DNA of 64,000 nucleotides, taken from the NCBI GenBank assembly GCA_032249235.1, contig JAVVGF010000001.1:384001-448000 (forward strand). The letters are read 5' to 3'. Under the pieces are notes generated by a model. It saw only the letters and a list, made by a program, of their open reading frames with translations. It made no database searches and had not been told where the DNA came from. The translations under genes were made by a program, and so were the position numbers. Numbering within the stretch: position 1 is the first letter of the stretch; each line of letters starts with the position of its first letter. Positions 18,165 to 27,653 of this stretch are shown piece by piece. Source of the stretch: Thermoproteota archaeon. GTDB taxonomy: Archaea > Thermoproteota > Thermoprotei > Gearchaeales > Gearchaeaceae.

Positions 18165-19538
18165 ATGTATCAAGAGTTTTTTGATCAATTAAGAAAAATT
18201 TTCAAGCCCTATAATGACTTACCTAACTTCAATGAGTTGCCAAAAGAAGGCATTGATAGACAAGAAATAATTCAGCTATTGAGGAAAATGTTAGATAAAG
18301 AGAATGAAAAATGGAAGAAAGGCTTTGTTTCAGGTGCTGTTTATCATGGAGGAGAGGAACACATTCAATTTTTGAACGAAATTTATGCAATAAGTTCACA
18401 AGTTAATCCTTTACATCCTGATATATGGCCAAGCGTTTTGAAAATTGAAAGGGAAATAGTAGAAATGGCTTCAAAAATTCTTCATGGTAGTGAAGAAACG
18501 TGTGGTTCTGTAACTTCAGGCGGTACTGAAAGTATATTGCTATCAATGAAAGCATATAGAGATTTCGCTAAGAAAAAGAAAGGGATTAACGAGCCTGAAA
18601 TAATATTGCCTATCTCTGCTCATGCAGCTTTCGATAAAGCTGCAAATTATTTCAATATAAAACTTAGGTATGTGAATCTCAACGAAAATTTCGAAGCAAA
18701 TGTTGAGGAGATAAAAGAAGCAATAAACGAAAATACTATAGCAATCGTCGCCTCAGCTCCATGTTTTCCCTTCGGAACCATAGATCCTATTGAAGAAATA
18801 TCTGAAATTGCTTATGATAAGAATATACCTTTTCATGTCGATGCTTGTTTAGGAGGCTTTATTTTACCATGGGCTAGGAAATTGGGCTATGAAATTAAAA
18901 AATTCGATTTTGAACTTGAAGGTGTTACTTCAATATCTGCGGATCTCCATAAGTATGGATATAGCCCTAAAGGATGTTCATTAATTCTTTACAGAAATCC
19001 AGAATTCTGGAAATGCCAATTTTATATCAATACTAAGTGGTCAGGAGGCATCTATTTCTCTACAACGCTAGCTGGAAGTAGATCAGGTGCATTGATCATA
19101 GCAGCATGGGCAACGTTACTTTATTTAGGTGAAAGCAACTATCTCAAATATACTAAACAGATCTTAGAAGTAGCTGATTACATAAAATCTGAATTGAAGA
19201 AAATTCAAGATTTGAAGATTCTAGGCAATCCACTTTGGATAATCGCAGTAACCTGTGAGAGATTGGATATTTATGAAATAATCGAAAACATGAATGAGTT
19301 AGGTTGGAATTTAAATGTTCTCATGAATCCTGCGGCATTCCACATTGCCATAACGCTTAGGCATGATTTAGCTGTCGCGAAGAAATTCATAGAAGACTTG
19401 AAATTAGCAATGAGCAAAGCTAAAGAAACGAAGAGAGAAGGTTTAGCTCCTATATATGGCATCATGGCTACTTTACCAAAAGAAGAATCTGATGAAATTG
19501 TATCTTATTTAATTCAATGGCTATACAAGGATCCTTGA
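18165..19538 (+). CDS. Sphingosine-1-phosphate lyase-like PLP enzyme (group II decarboxylase fold)
   Basis: SGAVYHG, NPLHPDIWP, TSGGTESI, HVDACLGG, ADLHKYG, GSRSG. Confidence 0.85.
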   Translation: MYQEFFDQLRKIFKPYNDLPNFNELPKEGIDRQEIIQLLRKMLDKENEKWKKGFVSGAVYHGGEEHIQFLNEIYAISSQVNPLHPDIWPSVLKIEREIVEMASKILHGSEETCGSVTSGGTESILLSMKAYRDFAKKKKGINEPEIILPISAHAAFDKAANYFNIKLRYVNLNENFEANVEEIKEAINENTIAIVASAPCFPFGTIDPIEEISEIAYDKNIPFHVDACLGGFILPWARKLGYEIKKFDFELEGVTSISADLHKYGYSPKGCSLILYRNPEFWKCQFYINTKWSGGIYFSTTLAGSRSGALIIAAWATLLYLGESNYLKYTKQILEVADYIKSELKKIQDLKILGNPLWIIAVTCERLDIYEIIENMNELGWNLNVLMNPAAFHIAITLRHDLAVAKKFIEDLKLAMSKAKETKREGLAPIYGIMATLPKEESDEIVSYLIQWLYKDP

Positions 19539-21073
19539 AAGAAATTTTGTTTTTAGGAATAGATCTAGGAACAAGTGCGTGTAAAGTATCAGCTGTAAAT
19601 AAAGAAGGAAGGATAGTTGCACAAGCTAGTGAAAGATATCCTTTATATATTTTGGAAGATGGAGGAGCGGAGCAAAATCCTAAGGAATGGTGGGAAGCGA
19701 TCGTTAAAGCAGTATCCAAAATAACAGAGAACGTTAATGTTAGTTCGATTAAGGCTATAGGTGTTACAGGTCAATGGTCAGGCACAGTAGCTATCGATGC
19801 TAATGGCGAACCGTTGATGAATGCGATAATTTGGCTTGATTCAAGAGGTGAAAAATATATTAGAAATTTGATTAAAGGGATTTTCAGTTTTTCTGGTTAT
19901 GATATCTTCAAGCTAATAAGCTGGATAAGAAAAACCGGAGGTGCTCCTTCAAGATCAGGAAAAGACTCTCTAGCACATATTTTGTTTATAAAAAATGAAA
20001 AACCTGAAATTTATAAACAGACATATAAATTCTTAGAACCTATAAGTTATATTAATTTTAAGCTTACTAATAGATTAATCTCTTCATATGATATAATGAT
20101 TACACATTGGATAACAGATAACAGAGATATAAAGAATATAAAATACGATAACAAACTTATTAAAATTTCAGGCATTGATAAAGATAAATTACCTGAGCTT
20201 TCAAAACCTTACGAAGTCATTGGAAAGCTTTCGCATGAAAGTGCTTCAGAACTAGGTCTTTTAGAAAATATTCCTGTTATCGCTGGTGGAGGAGATATTC
20301 AAACCTCATTAATAGGTGCTGGATGTATTGAAGATTATGAAACACTCATTTACATAGGAACCTCATCATGGGTTACTGCCCATGTATCTTTTAAAAAGAC
20401 TGATGTATTCAATAACATTGCTTCATTACCTTCAGCTTTGCCAAACAAATATTTCATAGCTGCAGAGCAAGAATGTGCAGGTAAATGCTTAGAATTCATA
20501 TCTGAATGCTTCAATATCAAGATTGAAGAAATTGATAGCTTGGCTAGAAATTCCACTCCTGGAAGCAATGGTATGATATTTACTCCTTGGCTTTATGGTG
20601 AAAGAGCTCCTGTTGAAGATAGATATCTAAGGGGAATTATCTTCAATTTATCATTAAACTCGAACAAATCAGATATTTTACATGCAGTATTTGAAGGAAT
20701 ATCCATGAATATTAGATGGATTTTTGAACCTGTTCAAAAGTTGATGAAAAAGAGGATTGAAAGAGTAAAATTAGCAGGTGGTTGTGCTCGTTCAAGCTTA
20801 CTCCCTTCAATTTTGGCTAATGTATTAAATGTTGAAGTAAATGTTGTTGAAGATCCTGTTTTTGTTAATTCAAAAGGTATCGCGTTATTAGCTGCATATA
20901 GCATAAATGAAATCGAATTAAAAGATATACCAAAATTAATTAGAACATCAAAAAAATACCAGCCAACTAATATATCAAAAAAATACGATGAAATTTTTAA
21001 ATATTATTTAAAAATATATAAAAGCAATAAGAAAGTTTTCAGAGAAATCAATTCAAGAGATTTATATAAATAA
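19517..21073 (+). CDS. FGGY-family carbohydrate kinase (xylulokinase-like)
   Basis: GIDLGTS, IWLDSR, GGGD, IGTSSW, GERAP, AGG. Confidence 0.9.
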   Translation: MAIQGSLKEILFLGIDLGTSACKVSAVNKEGRIVAQASERYPLYILEDGGAEQNPKEWWEAIVKAVSKITENVNVSSIKAIGVTGQWSGTVAIDANGEPLMNAIIWLDSRGEKYIRNLIKGIFSFSGYDIFKLISWIRKTGGAPSRSGKDSLAHILFIKNEKPEIYKQTYKFLEPISYINFKLTNRLISSYDIMITHWITDNRDIKNIKYDNKLIKISGIDKDKLPELSKPYEVIGKLSHESASELGLLENIPVIAGGGDIQTSLIGAGCIEDYETLIYIGTSSWVTAHVSFKKTDVFNNIASLPSALPNKYFIAAEQECAGKCLEFISECFNIKIEEIDSLARNSTPGSNGMIFTPWLYGERAPVEDRYLRGIIFNLSLNSNKSDILHAVFEGISMNIRWIFEPVQKLMKKRIERVKLAGGCARSSLLPSILANVLNVEVNVVEDPVFVNSKGIALLAAYSINEIELKDIPKLIRTSKKYQPTNISKKYDEIFKYYLKIYKSNKKVFREINSRDLYK

Positions 21074-21078
21074 TCACT

Positions 21079-22323
21079 ATGATACATATGCATACACATT
21101 TATTTCGTTACGCAAGCGGTGAAAATTTAAATGTTACATCAAAGTCCCTGAGCTCAAAGGTAGGAAGAATTATCTTAGGAATAATCTTCACTTTTATTTG
21201 TTCAATTACATTAGGAAATGCCCCTTACGCATTTGCAGGATATGGTTTATCTGCTTTTGCTCTTTATTTAATTGGTTATATATTCTCGAAAAGAGAAGCA
21301 ATAATTTCTTATATAATTGGATTAATTCTTGCTGCCTTTTTGCTACTCTATTCAGCAAGCGTTTTTCTGCTAGTAGCTGTTGCTTTTGTAATCGTTAGAA
21401 GCTTACAATTACTCATATTAGTTTTCTTAAAAGATAAAAGAGGTCTTCTTTCTTCAACGCTAATTGCTACAGTATTTGGTTCATTTATAGCTACATTACT
21501 TGGAATAGGTTATTATGGAGAAGGGGCATTAACTACTGCTCTTTCATTTTATGATCTTATTTATTCAATTCCTGCATATTTGGCATATAGGTTTTTAAGA
21601 TTTTCTAGTCCACATAATTTTTTAGGTATTCTATCTTCTATTCTCTTGACCTTTTTGCTTTTCTTTTCAATAAGCACCTTTTTTATGTTCACAACTTTCA
21701 TTTTGGCTTTAATTTCTTTTATAACTCTATTATTTATAATTACAAAATCATTAAGTTCAATGCCAATGAATCAAAAGAATATAGTTATAACTTTTATTCT
21801 AATAATTTTATTTATTGGATATATAATTTTCTTTTCTTCATCTAGTTCAAATTATATCCTAAGATCAACTTATTATTCATTTTATCTAGACTCTTTATCG
21901 ATGACACAGTGGTATCAAAAGAAATCTAATCCAGAATGTCAACAAGGAAATATAGCTGGAGATTGGACACAAAAAGGAGGAGTTTATGATCCTCAACGAC
22001 TTCGTGTATTGGATACATGTGTAACTGTTACAGGAACAATTGTTGGAATTATGCCAACTAAAGGCCCAGCAACAGATAATGATTATATAATAGAAATTAA
22101 GGTTGATCCTCAATATCAATATCTATTATCTATAGGAAGTTATTGGTTTAGGGGTGGATATTTGCATGTTGAAATTATTCCTAAGGACCAATCTAAGCTT
22201 TTAAGCAATTTAAATTTAGAGATAGGAATGAGAGTCAAGATAACAGGTGTTTGGGTATTAGATACAGATCATGGTTGGTGGAGTGAATTGCATCCAATAT
22301 GGGCGATTGAGATAATTTCGTAA
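21079..22323 (+). CDS. Polytopic membrane protein with C-terminal soluble OB-fold-like domain
   Basis: About 8 hydrophobic helices, then CVTVTG...DNDY...HVEI...VKITGVWVLDTDHGWWSELHP. Confidence 0.7.
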   Translation: MIHMHTHLFRYASGENLNVTSKSLSSKVGRIILGIIFTFICSITLGNAPYAFAGYGLSAFALYLIGYIFSKREAIISYIIGLILAAFLLLYSASVFLLVAVAFVIVRSLQLLILVFLKDKRGLLSSTLIATVFGSFIATLLGIGYYGEGALTTALSFYDLIYSIPAYLAYRFLRFSSPHNFLGILSSILLTFLLFFSISTFFMFTTFILALISFITLLFIITKSLSSMPMNQKNIVITFILIILFIGYIIFFSSSSSNYILRSTYYSFYLDSLSMTQWYQKKSNPECQQGNIAGDWTQKGGVYDPQRLRVLDTCVTVTGTIVGIMPTKGPATDNDYIIEIKVDPQYQYLLSIGSYWFRGGYLHVEIIPKDQSKLLSNLNLEIGMRVKITGVWVLDTDHGWWSELHPIWAIEIIS

Positions 22324-22360
22324 TTGCTTATATGTTAGAATCTTTAAAATACTATCAAAT

Positions 22361-23041
22361 ATGTTAATCGAGCTCATAGATGTTCATAAATACTACGTTA
22401 CAGGTTTAACAACAATAAAGGCATTGAACGGAATTAGTTTGAAAATAAATAAAGGCGAATTCGTAAGCATCGTTGGTCCCTCTGGTTCTGGAAAGACTAC
22501 GTTATTGAACGTAATAGGATTACTAGATAGACCAACAAAAGGTAAGATAATTTTGGAAAATAAAGATGTTAGTCGATTAAGCGATGATGAATTATCCTCA
22601 TTAAGAGCTGAAAAAATTGGCTTTATTTTTCAAACCTTTAACCTAATTCCAAATCTCACTGCAAAAGAAAATGTTGAATTAGCAAGCGCTTTTAGTAACA
22701 AAGTAAGAGATCCAGAGAAGAAAGCTCTTGAATTGTTAAAAATGGTAGGTTTAGAAGATAGAGTAAATCATAAGCCATCTCAATTGAGTGGAGGGGAACA
22801 ACAAAGGGTCGCTATAGCGAGAGCTTTGATGAACGATCCTATAATTTTGCTAGCTGATGAGCCTACAGGTAATCTAGATTCTAAAACAAGTCTTGAGATA
22901 TTAGAAATTTTTAAATCGCTTAATAAAAAAGGTGTTACAATATTACTGGCTACTCATAATATGGCTTTAGCTGAAGAAGCGAATAGGATATTATACATGA
23001 AAGATGGGAGGATAGAAAATGAAGTTAAAGAAGGCTATTAA
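22361..23041 (+). CDS. ABC transporter ATP-binding protein (LolD/MacB-type)
   Basis: GPSGSGKT, LSGGEQQRV, LADEPTGNLD. Confidence 0.95.
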   Translation: MLIELIDVHKYYVTGLTTIKALNGISLKINKGEFVSIVGPSGSGKTTLLNVIGLLDRPTKGKIILENKDVSRLSDDELSSLRAEKIGFIFQTFNLIPNLTAKENVELASAFSNKVRDPEKKALELLKMVGLEDRVNHKPSQLSGGEQQRVAIARALMNDPIILLADEPTGNLDSKTSLEILEIFKSLNKKGVTILLATHNMALAEEANRILYMKDGRIENEVKEGY

Positions 23042-24278
23042 ATATTCTTATAGAAATATTTCAAGAAGTAAGCTAAGGAATTCAATGGTTGTTTTAGCTA
23101 TAATTCTCTCTGTAATATTAGGAGGTATTGTCATTGGTGTCGTAAACGGTATAAAAAATTACTATACCAATGCAGTTTATGAGGCAGGTTTCAATGCTTT
23201 ATTCGTTGTTTCTGGTAAAGCTAGTGTAGGCGGAAGTTTTGTTCCACCTAAAAAACCTTTAGCGGTAGATGATCTAAGATCAATTAAAGAATTACCTAAA
23301 GTCAAAGCCGTAAGTCCTTTATTCATTGCTGGCGTGTTTAGATTTGGTGAAAATGTAACATATCTCATTGGAGCTGATGAGGATTTATCTATAAGTGCTT
23401 CGTTTACATTATACAAAGGCAGATTTCTTAATGGCTCAGATTCTAATAGTTCATATATTCCTGTCGTATTAGGCTATAATATTTGGAATAATATCTTAAA
23501 TCGCACTATAAATGTAGGAGATAACATAAGTTTAGTATTTGAGCCTTTTTCAATAATCTATGGCAAAAAAGAACCTATTAACATATCTGTCCATATAATT
23601 GGTCTTTTGCAAAAAAGAGCTCAGGTTCCAGGATTAGGTATTGATCCCAATTCAGTTTTTTATACAGATTTAACTCATGTATATAAAATTTTTAATATAA
23701 CGAATCTAAAACAAGCTTATGCTGATGGTGCTGTAGTATCCGCGGAGAGCTTTCAGGATTTAGATGTTGTAAATGAAGAAATTACGAACTTGCTTGTTTC
23801 AAAGGGTTATGATAAGAGAACCGACTTCTCTATAATTAGCCAAAAAGATGCACTGGTATATATAAATAAAGTATTTCTACAAATAAACAGTTTCGTTTCA
23901 ATAATATGGGCTGTAGTTTTGACTATAGGTTCTTTATCAGTATTAATTGTGATGGTAATAACAGTCAGAGAAAGATATAGAGAAATTGGTACTTTAAGGT
24001 CTTTGGGTGCTAAGCGAAGAGATATTTTATTACTTTTTTTGTTCGAAGCTGCATGGCTATCTATAATAGGCTTAATTATTGGTTCTATTTTAGGCGTAAT
24101 TGTAATTGAACTTTTAAAGAATTATTACGAATTCATCAAATTCATTACTTTTAATACAATCATTGAAACTTACGCTATAGTTTTGCCAGAAATATTTTTA
24201 GCTTCATTGCTTTTTGCTTTATATCCAGCTTATAGAGCTACAAGAATCGACCCAGCCCAGGCATTGAGATATGAATAA
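23019..24278 (+). CDS. ABC transporter permease (MacB/FtsX family)
   Basis: N-terminal TM, large extracellular loop, ERYREIGTLRSLGA, PAYRATRIDPAQALRYE. Confidence 0.92.
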   Translation: MKLKKAIKYSYRNISRSKLRNSMVVLAIILSVILGGIVIGVVNGIKNYYTNAVYEAGFNALFVVSGKASVGGSFVPPKKPLAVDDLRSIKELPKVKAVSPLFIAGVFRFGENVTYLIGADEDLSISASFTLYKGRFLNGSDSNSSYIPVVLGYNIWNNILNRTINVGDNISLVFEPFSIIYGKKEPINISVHIIGLLQKRAQVPGLGIDPNSVFYTDLTHVYKIFNITNLKQAYADGAVVSAESFQDLDVVNEEITNLLVSKGYDKRTDFSIISQKDALVYINKVFLQINSFVSIIWAVVLTIGSLSVLIVMVITVRERYREIGTLRSLGAKRRDILLLFLFEAAWLSIIGLIIGSILGVIVIELLKNYYEFIKFITFNTIIETYAIVLPEIFLASLLFALYPAYRATRIDPAQALRYE

Positions 24279-24303
24279 ATATTAAATTTAAACAAAAATA
24301 ATC

Positions 24304-24474
24304 GTGGCAGAAGAAGAAGTTAGAAGGGAAAGAGAATTCAGAGCACGTATACCTATAAAAAGATGTGAAATTCATAACATTCTTCTGTTTTGGTGTGTGC
24401 ATTGCAATAGAGCTGTTTGCAGATATTGTGAACCAAATCATCAGTTAGAGCATTATCTACCAAGAATTAAATAG
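24304..24474 (+). CDS. Small B-box-type zinc finger protein (56 aa; below the ORF-track cutoff)
   Basis: Manual translation from GTG: MAEEEVRREREFRARIPIKRCEIHNILLFWCVHCNRAVCRYCEPNHQLEHYLPRIK*; fills the intergenic gap on the same strand as both neighbours. Confidence 0.75.
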   Translation: MAEEEVRREREFRARIPIKRCEIHNILLFWCVHCNRAVCRYCEPNHQLEHYLPRIK

Positions 24475-24483
24475 CAAATTTAT

Positions 24484-25206
24484 GTGAGCACTAAAGAGGA
24501 GATTAGATATAAAATATGGAAATTGCTCGAAGATAAAAACATAGCTAGATTTCCTAGACCTGTTTTCAATAGGATACCTAATTTTGTGGGAGCAGAAGAA
24601 GCTGCAGAAAAGTTAGCTGAATTGGACATATTTAAAAAAAGTAAGGTAATAAAAGTAAATCCAGATTCGCCTCAAGCTAGAGTTAGGGAGTTAGTTTTGC
24701 TAAATAACAAAATACTGATAATGCCTACGCCTAGAATAAGAGAGGGTTTCCTTTTATTAGATCCTTCAAAGATTCCAAAAAATGAAATTAGCTATGCAGC
24801 AACTATTAAAGGTGCCTTCAAATATGGCAATAAAGTACATCCAAGAAATTTACCTAATATCGATTTAATTGTACTAGGAGCTGTTGCAGTATCACTTGAA
24901 GGAGCGAGAATAGGTAAAGGAGAAGGTTATGGAGAACTTGAGTTTGCAATCTTACAAGAATATGGAAAGATAAATAAGGATATCAAGATAGCTACAACAG
25001 TCCATGATATACAAATCGTTGAAAAAATACCTATTGAACCATTCGATGTTAGTATTGATTACATTGTTACTCCTACGAGAGTAATTGAAATTAAGAATAG
25101 GCATGATAGACCTAAAGGAATTCTTTGGGAGTATTTATCACATGAAAAAATTGAAGAAATTCCCTTATTAAAAGAACTTAGAAATAAACTTATTTCTCAA
25201 AAATAA
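24484..25206 (+). CDS. 5-formyltetrahydrofolate cyclo-ligase family protein (MTHFSD-like)
   Basis: RIPNFVGA, KVNPDSPQ, PTPR, GARIGKGEGY, TTVHD, DYIVTP. Confidence 0.9.
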   Translation: MSTKEEIRYKIWKLLEDKNIARFPRPVFNRIPNFVGAEEAAEKLAELDIFKKSKVIKVNPDSPQARVRELVLLNNKILIMPTPRIREGFLLLDPSKIPKNEISYAATIKGAFKYGNKVHPRNLPNIDLIVLGAVAVSLEGARIGKGEGYGELEFAILQEYGKINKDIKIATTVHDIQIVEKIPIEPFDVSIDYIVTPTRVIEIKNRHDRPKGILWEYLSHEKIEEIPLLKELRNKLISQK

Positions 25207-26383
25207 CTTTGCCATGTTTTATAACGGTTCCAATATGATTGTAACCTAGCGTATAACCAATCCATTTATAATTCGGAACATTTAGGCATATCAAATCTGC
25301 AAACTTTCCTTCCTCAATTGAGCCATATTTTTCATGTAAACCTAAAGCATATGCAGCATTTATTGTTGAAGCAGATATGCATTCAGCTTGTGTCATTTTC
25401 AAAGTTCTGCAGGCAATAGATATAACACTTTGCATATCATTGATCCATGAAGCTGGGCTGAAATCTGAAGCTAACGCTATTATTAATCCTTTATCGATAT
25501 ATTTCCTAACATCAGCATAATTGCTCATTAAAGAAAAGCTCGTAGCTGGTAAAATAACTCCACAAGTCTTTTTTTCAATCATGTAATCTAAGCTTGTATC
25601 ATCCAAATATATTATATGATCCATAGAAACTAGGTTAAAATTCTTAACCAATGCACCGCAACCGATATCAGCAAGTTCACCTACATGAGCTTTCAATTTC
25701 AATCCATATTTTGAAGCAATTGAAAATATTCTAGATGTATCTTCATAACTTAAAGCACCTAAATCACAAAAAGAATCGATGAACTCTGCTAATTTTTCTT
25801 CTACAACTATCGGTATTAAATTTATGAATTCGTCAATCCATTTATCGCTAGGTTTCAAATGTGCCAGTAATGTAGGTATTATCGTAGCTTTTGTTAGATG
25901 CTTTAGTTTATTTATTAATCTCAATTCTCTCAATTCTTCGCTTGGCTCTATGCCATAGCCGCTTTTTATTTCTATAACTGTAGTTCCATGTTCGAGCATG
26001 TATTCAATTCTTTCTTTCGTTACTCTAAGAATTTCTTCATCGCTTGCTTTCCTTGTATGATTCACTGTTCTCCATATCCCGCCTCCTTTTTTCAAAATTT
26101 CAGAATAGCTTAAGCCTTCAATCCTCATTTCAAATTCATCCTCTCTTGATCCAAAAAACAATAAATGGGTGTGAGCGTCAATAAAAGCAGGCATTACTAG
26201 CTGAGCTGAAATTTCTTGCTTCGCTTCATAGTTTTTCTCTTCACCTACGTATGTAACTTTTTCTCCGTTAATTCCTATGAGAGCATCTTCAACTATTGCC
26301 AATTCCTTAAGTCTTTCTTTTATTCTAATTCCTCCTTTCAAAGTCACTGCTTGCTTTGCTTTAATTGCAAGATCGAATTTCAC
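25190..26383 (-). CDS. hutI: Imidazolonepropionase
   Basis: PAFIDAHTHL, GGGI, EIKSGYG, LAH, ASDFSP, GSIEEGKFAD. Confidence 0.9.
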   Translation of the reverse strand: MKFDLAIKAKQAVTLKGGIRIKERLKELAIVEDALIGINGEKVTYVGEEKNYEAKQEISAQLVMPAFIDAHTHLLFFGSREDEFEMRIEGLSYSEILKKGGGIWRTVNHTRKASDEEILRVTKERIEYMLEHGTTVIEIKSGYGIEPSEELRELRLINKLKHLTKATIIPTLLAHLKPSDKWIDEFINLIPIVVEEKLAEFIDSFCDLGALSYEDTSRIFSIASKYGLKLKAHVGELADIGCGALVKNFNLVSMDHIIYLDDTSLDYMIEKKTCGVILPATSFSLMSNYADVRKYIDKGLIIALASDFSPASWINDMQSVISIACRTLKMTQAECISASTINAAYALGLHEKYGSIEEGKFADLICLNVPNYKWIGYTLGYNHIGTVIKHGKVIFEK

Positions 26384-26423
26384 ACGAATATTTTAAATTC
26401 ATTTTTAAAATGTATTTCTTGAG

Positions 26424-27254
26424 ATGATTTTGTATAAGAATCTTGGTAAAACAAATGAGAAGATACCTGCAATAGGATTGGGGACATATGGAATAGGAGG
26501 ATATATGCATAGTGATTATTCAAAAGATAAGGAAGCGATTGAGTTGATTAGGTATGCGATAGAAATTGGATTGAACTTCATAGATACAGCTGAAATGTAT
26601 GGTTCTGGTCATACTGAAGAATTAATAGGAGAAGCAATTATGGGATTGCGTGAAAAAGTATTCATAGCTACGAAAGTTTCTCCTTCACATTTTAGCTATG
26701 AAGAAGTTATAAAAGCTTGTGAAAGAAGTTTGAAAAGACTGAAAACAACATATATTGATCTTTATCAACTTCATTGGCCCAACCCTTCAATACCTATAAA
26801 AGAAACGATGAAAGCAATGGAATATCTTGTAGATAAAGGTAAAATACGTTATATAGGAATTAGTAATTTCTCTGTCGAAGAAACAAAAGAAGCGATAGAG
26901 GCTTTATCTAAGTATGAAATAGTATCAAACCAAGTCGAATATAGTATTCTAGAACGATCGATTGAAAAGGATTTGATTCCTTATTGCGAAAGAGAAAAAA
27001 TATCTATAATTGCTTATAGCCCTTTAGCTAGAGGGGCAATATTCAGAGGTAACGCAGCTGAAGTTTTATCTAGGATAGCGAAAAAGCATAACTCAACAAT
27101 TTCCCAAATTGCTTTAGCTTGGTTAATAAGGAATCCTATCGTTGTAGCAATACCTAAAACTTCGAAAAAAGAAAGGGCGAAGGAATTCCTTGGAGCATAT
27201 GAAATTAATTTAGATGAAGGTGACTTAAGACTAATAAATGAATTAAGTAAATAA
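26424..27254 (+). CDS. Aldo/keto reductase
   Basis: IDTAEMYG, ATKV, DLYQLHWP, IGISNF, AYSPL, IPK. Confidence 0.94.
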   Translation: MILYKNLGKTNEKIPAIGLGTYGIGGYMHSDYSKDKEAIELIRYAIEIGLNFIDTAEMYGSGHTEELIGEAIMGLREKVFIATKVSPSHFSYEEVIKACERSLKRLKTTYIDLYQLHWPNPSIPIKETMKAMEYLVDKGKIRYIGISNFSVEETKEAIEALSKYEIVSNQVEYSILERSIEKDLIPYCEREKISIIAYSPLARGAIFRGNAAEVLSRIAKKHNSTISQIALAWLIRNPIVVAIPKTSKKERAKEFLGAYEINLDEGDLRLINELSK

Positions 27255-27584
27255 ATTAAGTTCTTTCATTTTTTCAATTATTTTCTCTATTACATTTTCG
27301 GGGTTTTCAAAAATTTCTTTATCGCTGAATCTCAATATCGAGTATCCTTTTGCTCTTAATGCTTTATCTTTAATGATATCTTTTTTGATTCGTGCTTTTG
27401 ATTTAAAGTGCTTTATTCCATCTACTTCTACTACAAGTTTATTTTCGATTAGAAAATCCACATAGACGTACTTTTTATATTTTTTTATGAGGATCGGAAA
27501 CTGAGTAGTGAAGTTAATTCCGTGTTTTTTTAATAGTTCAAAAAGTTTCATCTCAGGTTTTGTATAAGCGTATCTTGGATTCAT
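27243..27584 (-). CDS. DUF559/Vsr-like endonuclease domain protein
   Basis: TKPE, VDF, VVEVDG-x2-H, KD-x2-KD-x5-GYSILRF. Confidence 0.85.
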   Translation of the reverse strand: MNPRYAYTKPEMKLFELLKKHGINFTTQFPILIKKYKKYVYVDFLIENKLVVEVDGIKHFKSKARIKKDIIKDKALRAKGYSILRFSDKEIFENPENVIEKIIEKMKELNLFT

Positions 27585-27653
27585 GATATTCGTAATCTAT
27601 TTTAACGTGCTGTTAAAAAAATTTTATGTTTAGATTAAAAGGCTTATAATAAT

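Noticed and set aside
24238-24441. 67-aa minus-strand ORF in the track
   Set aside because: Shadow of the plus-strand B-box ORF, which has a coherent motif and matches the orientation of both neighbours
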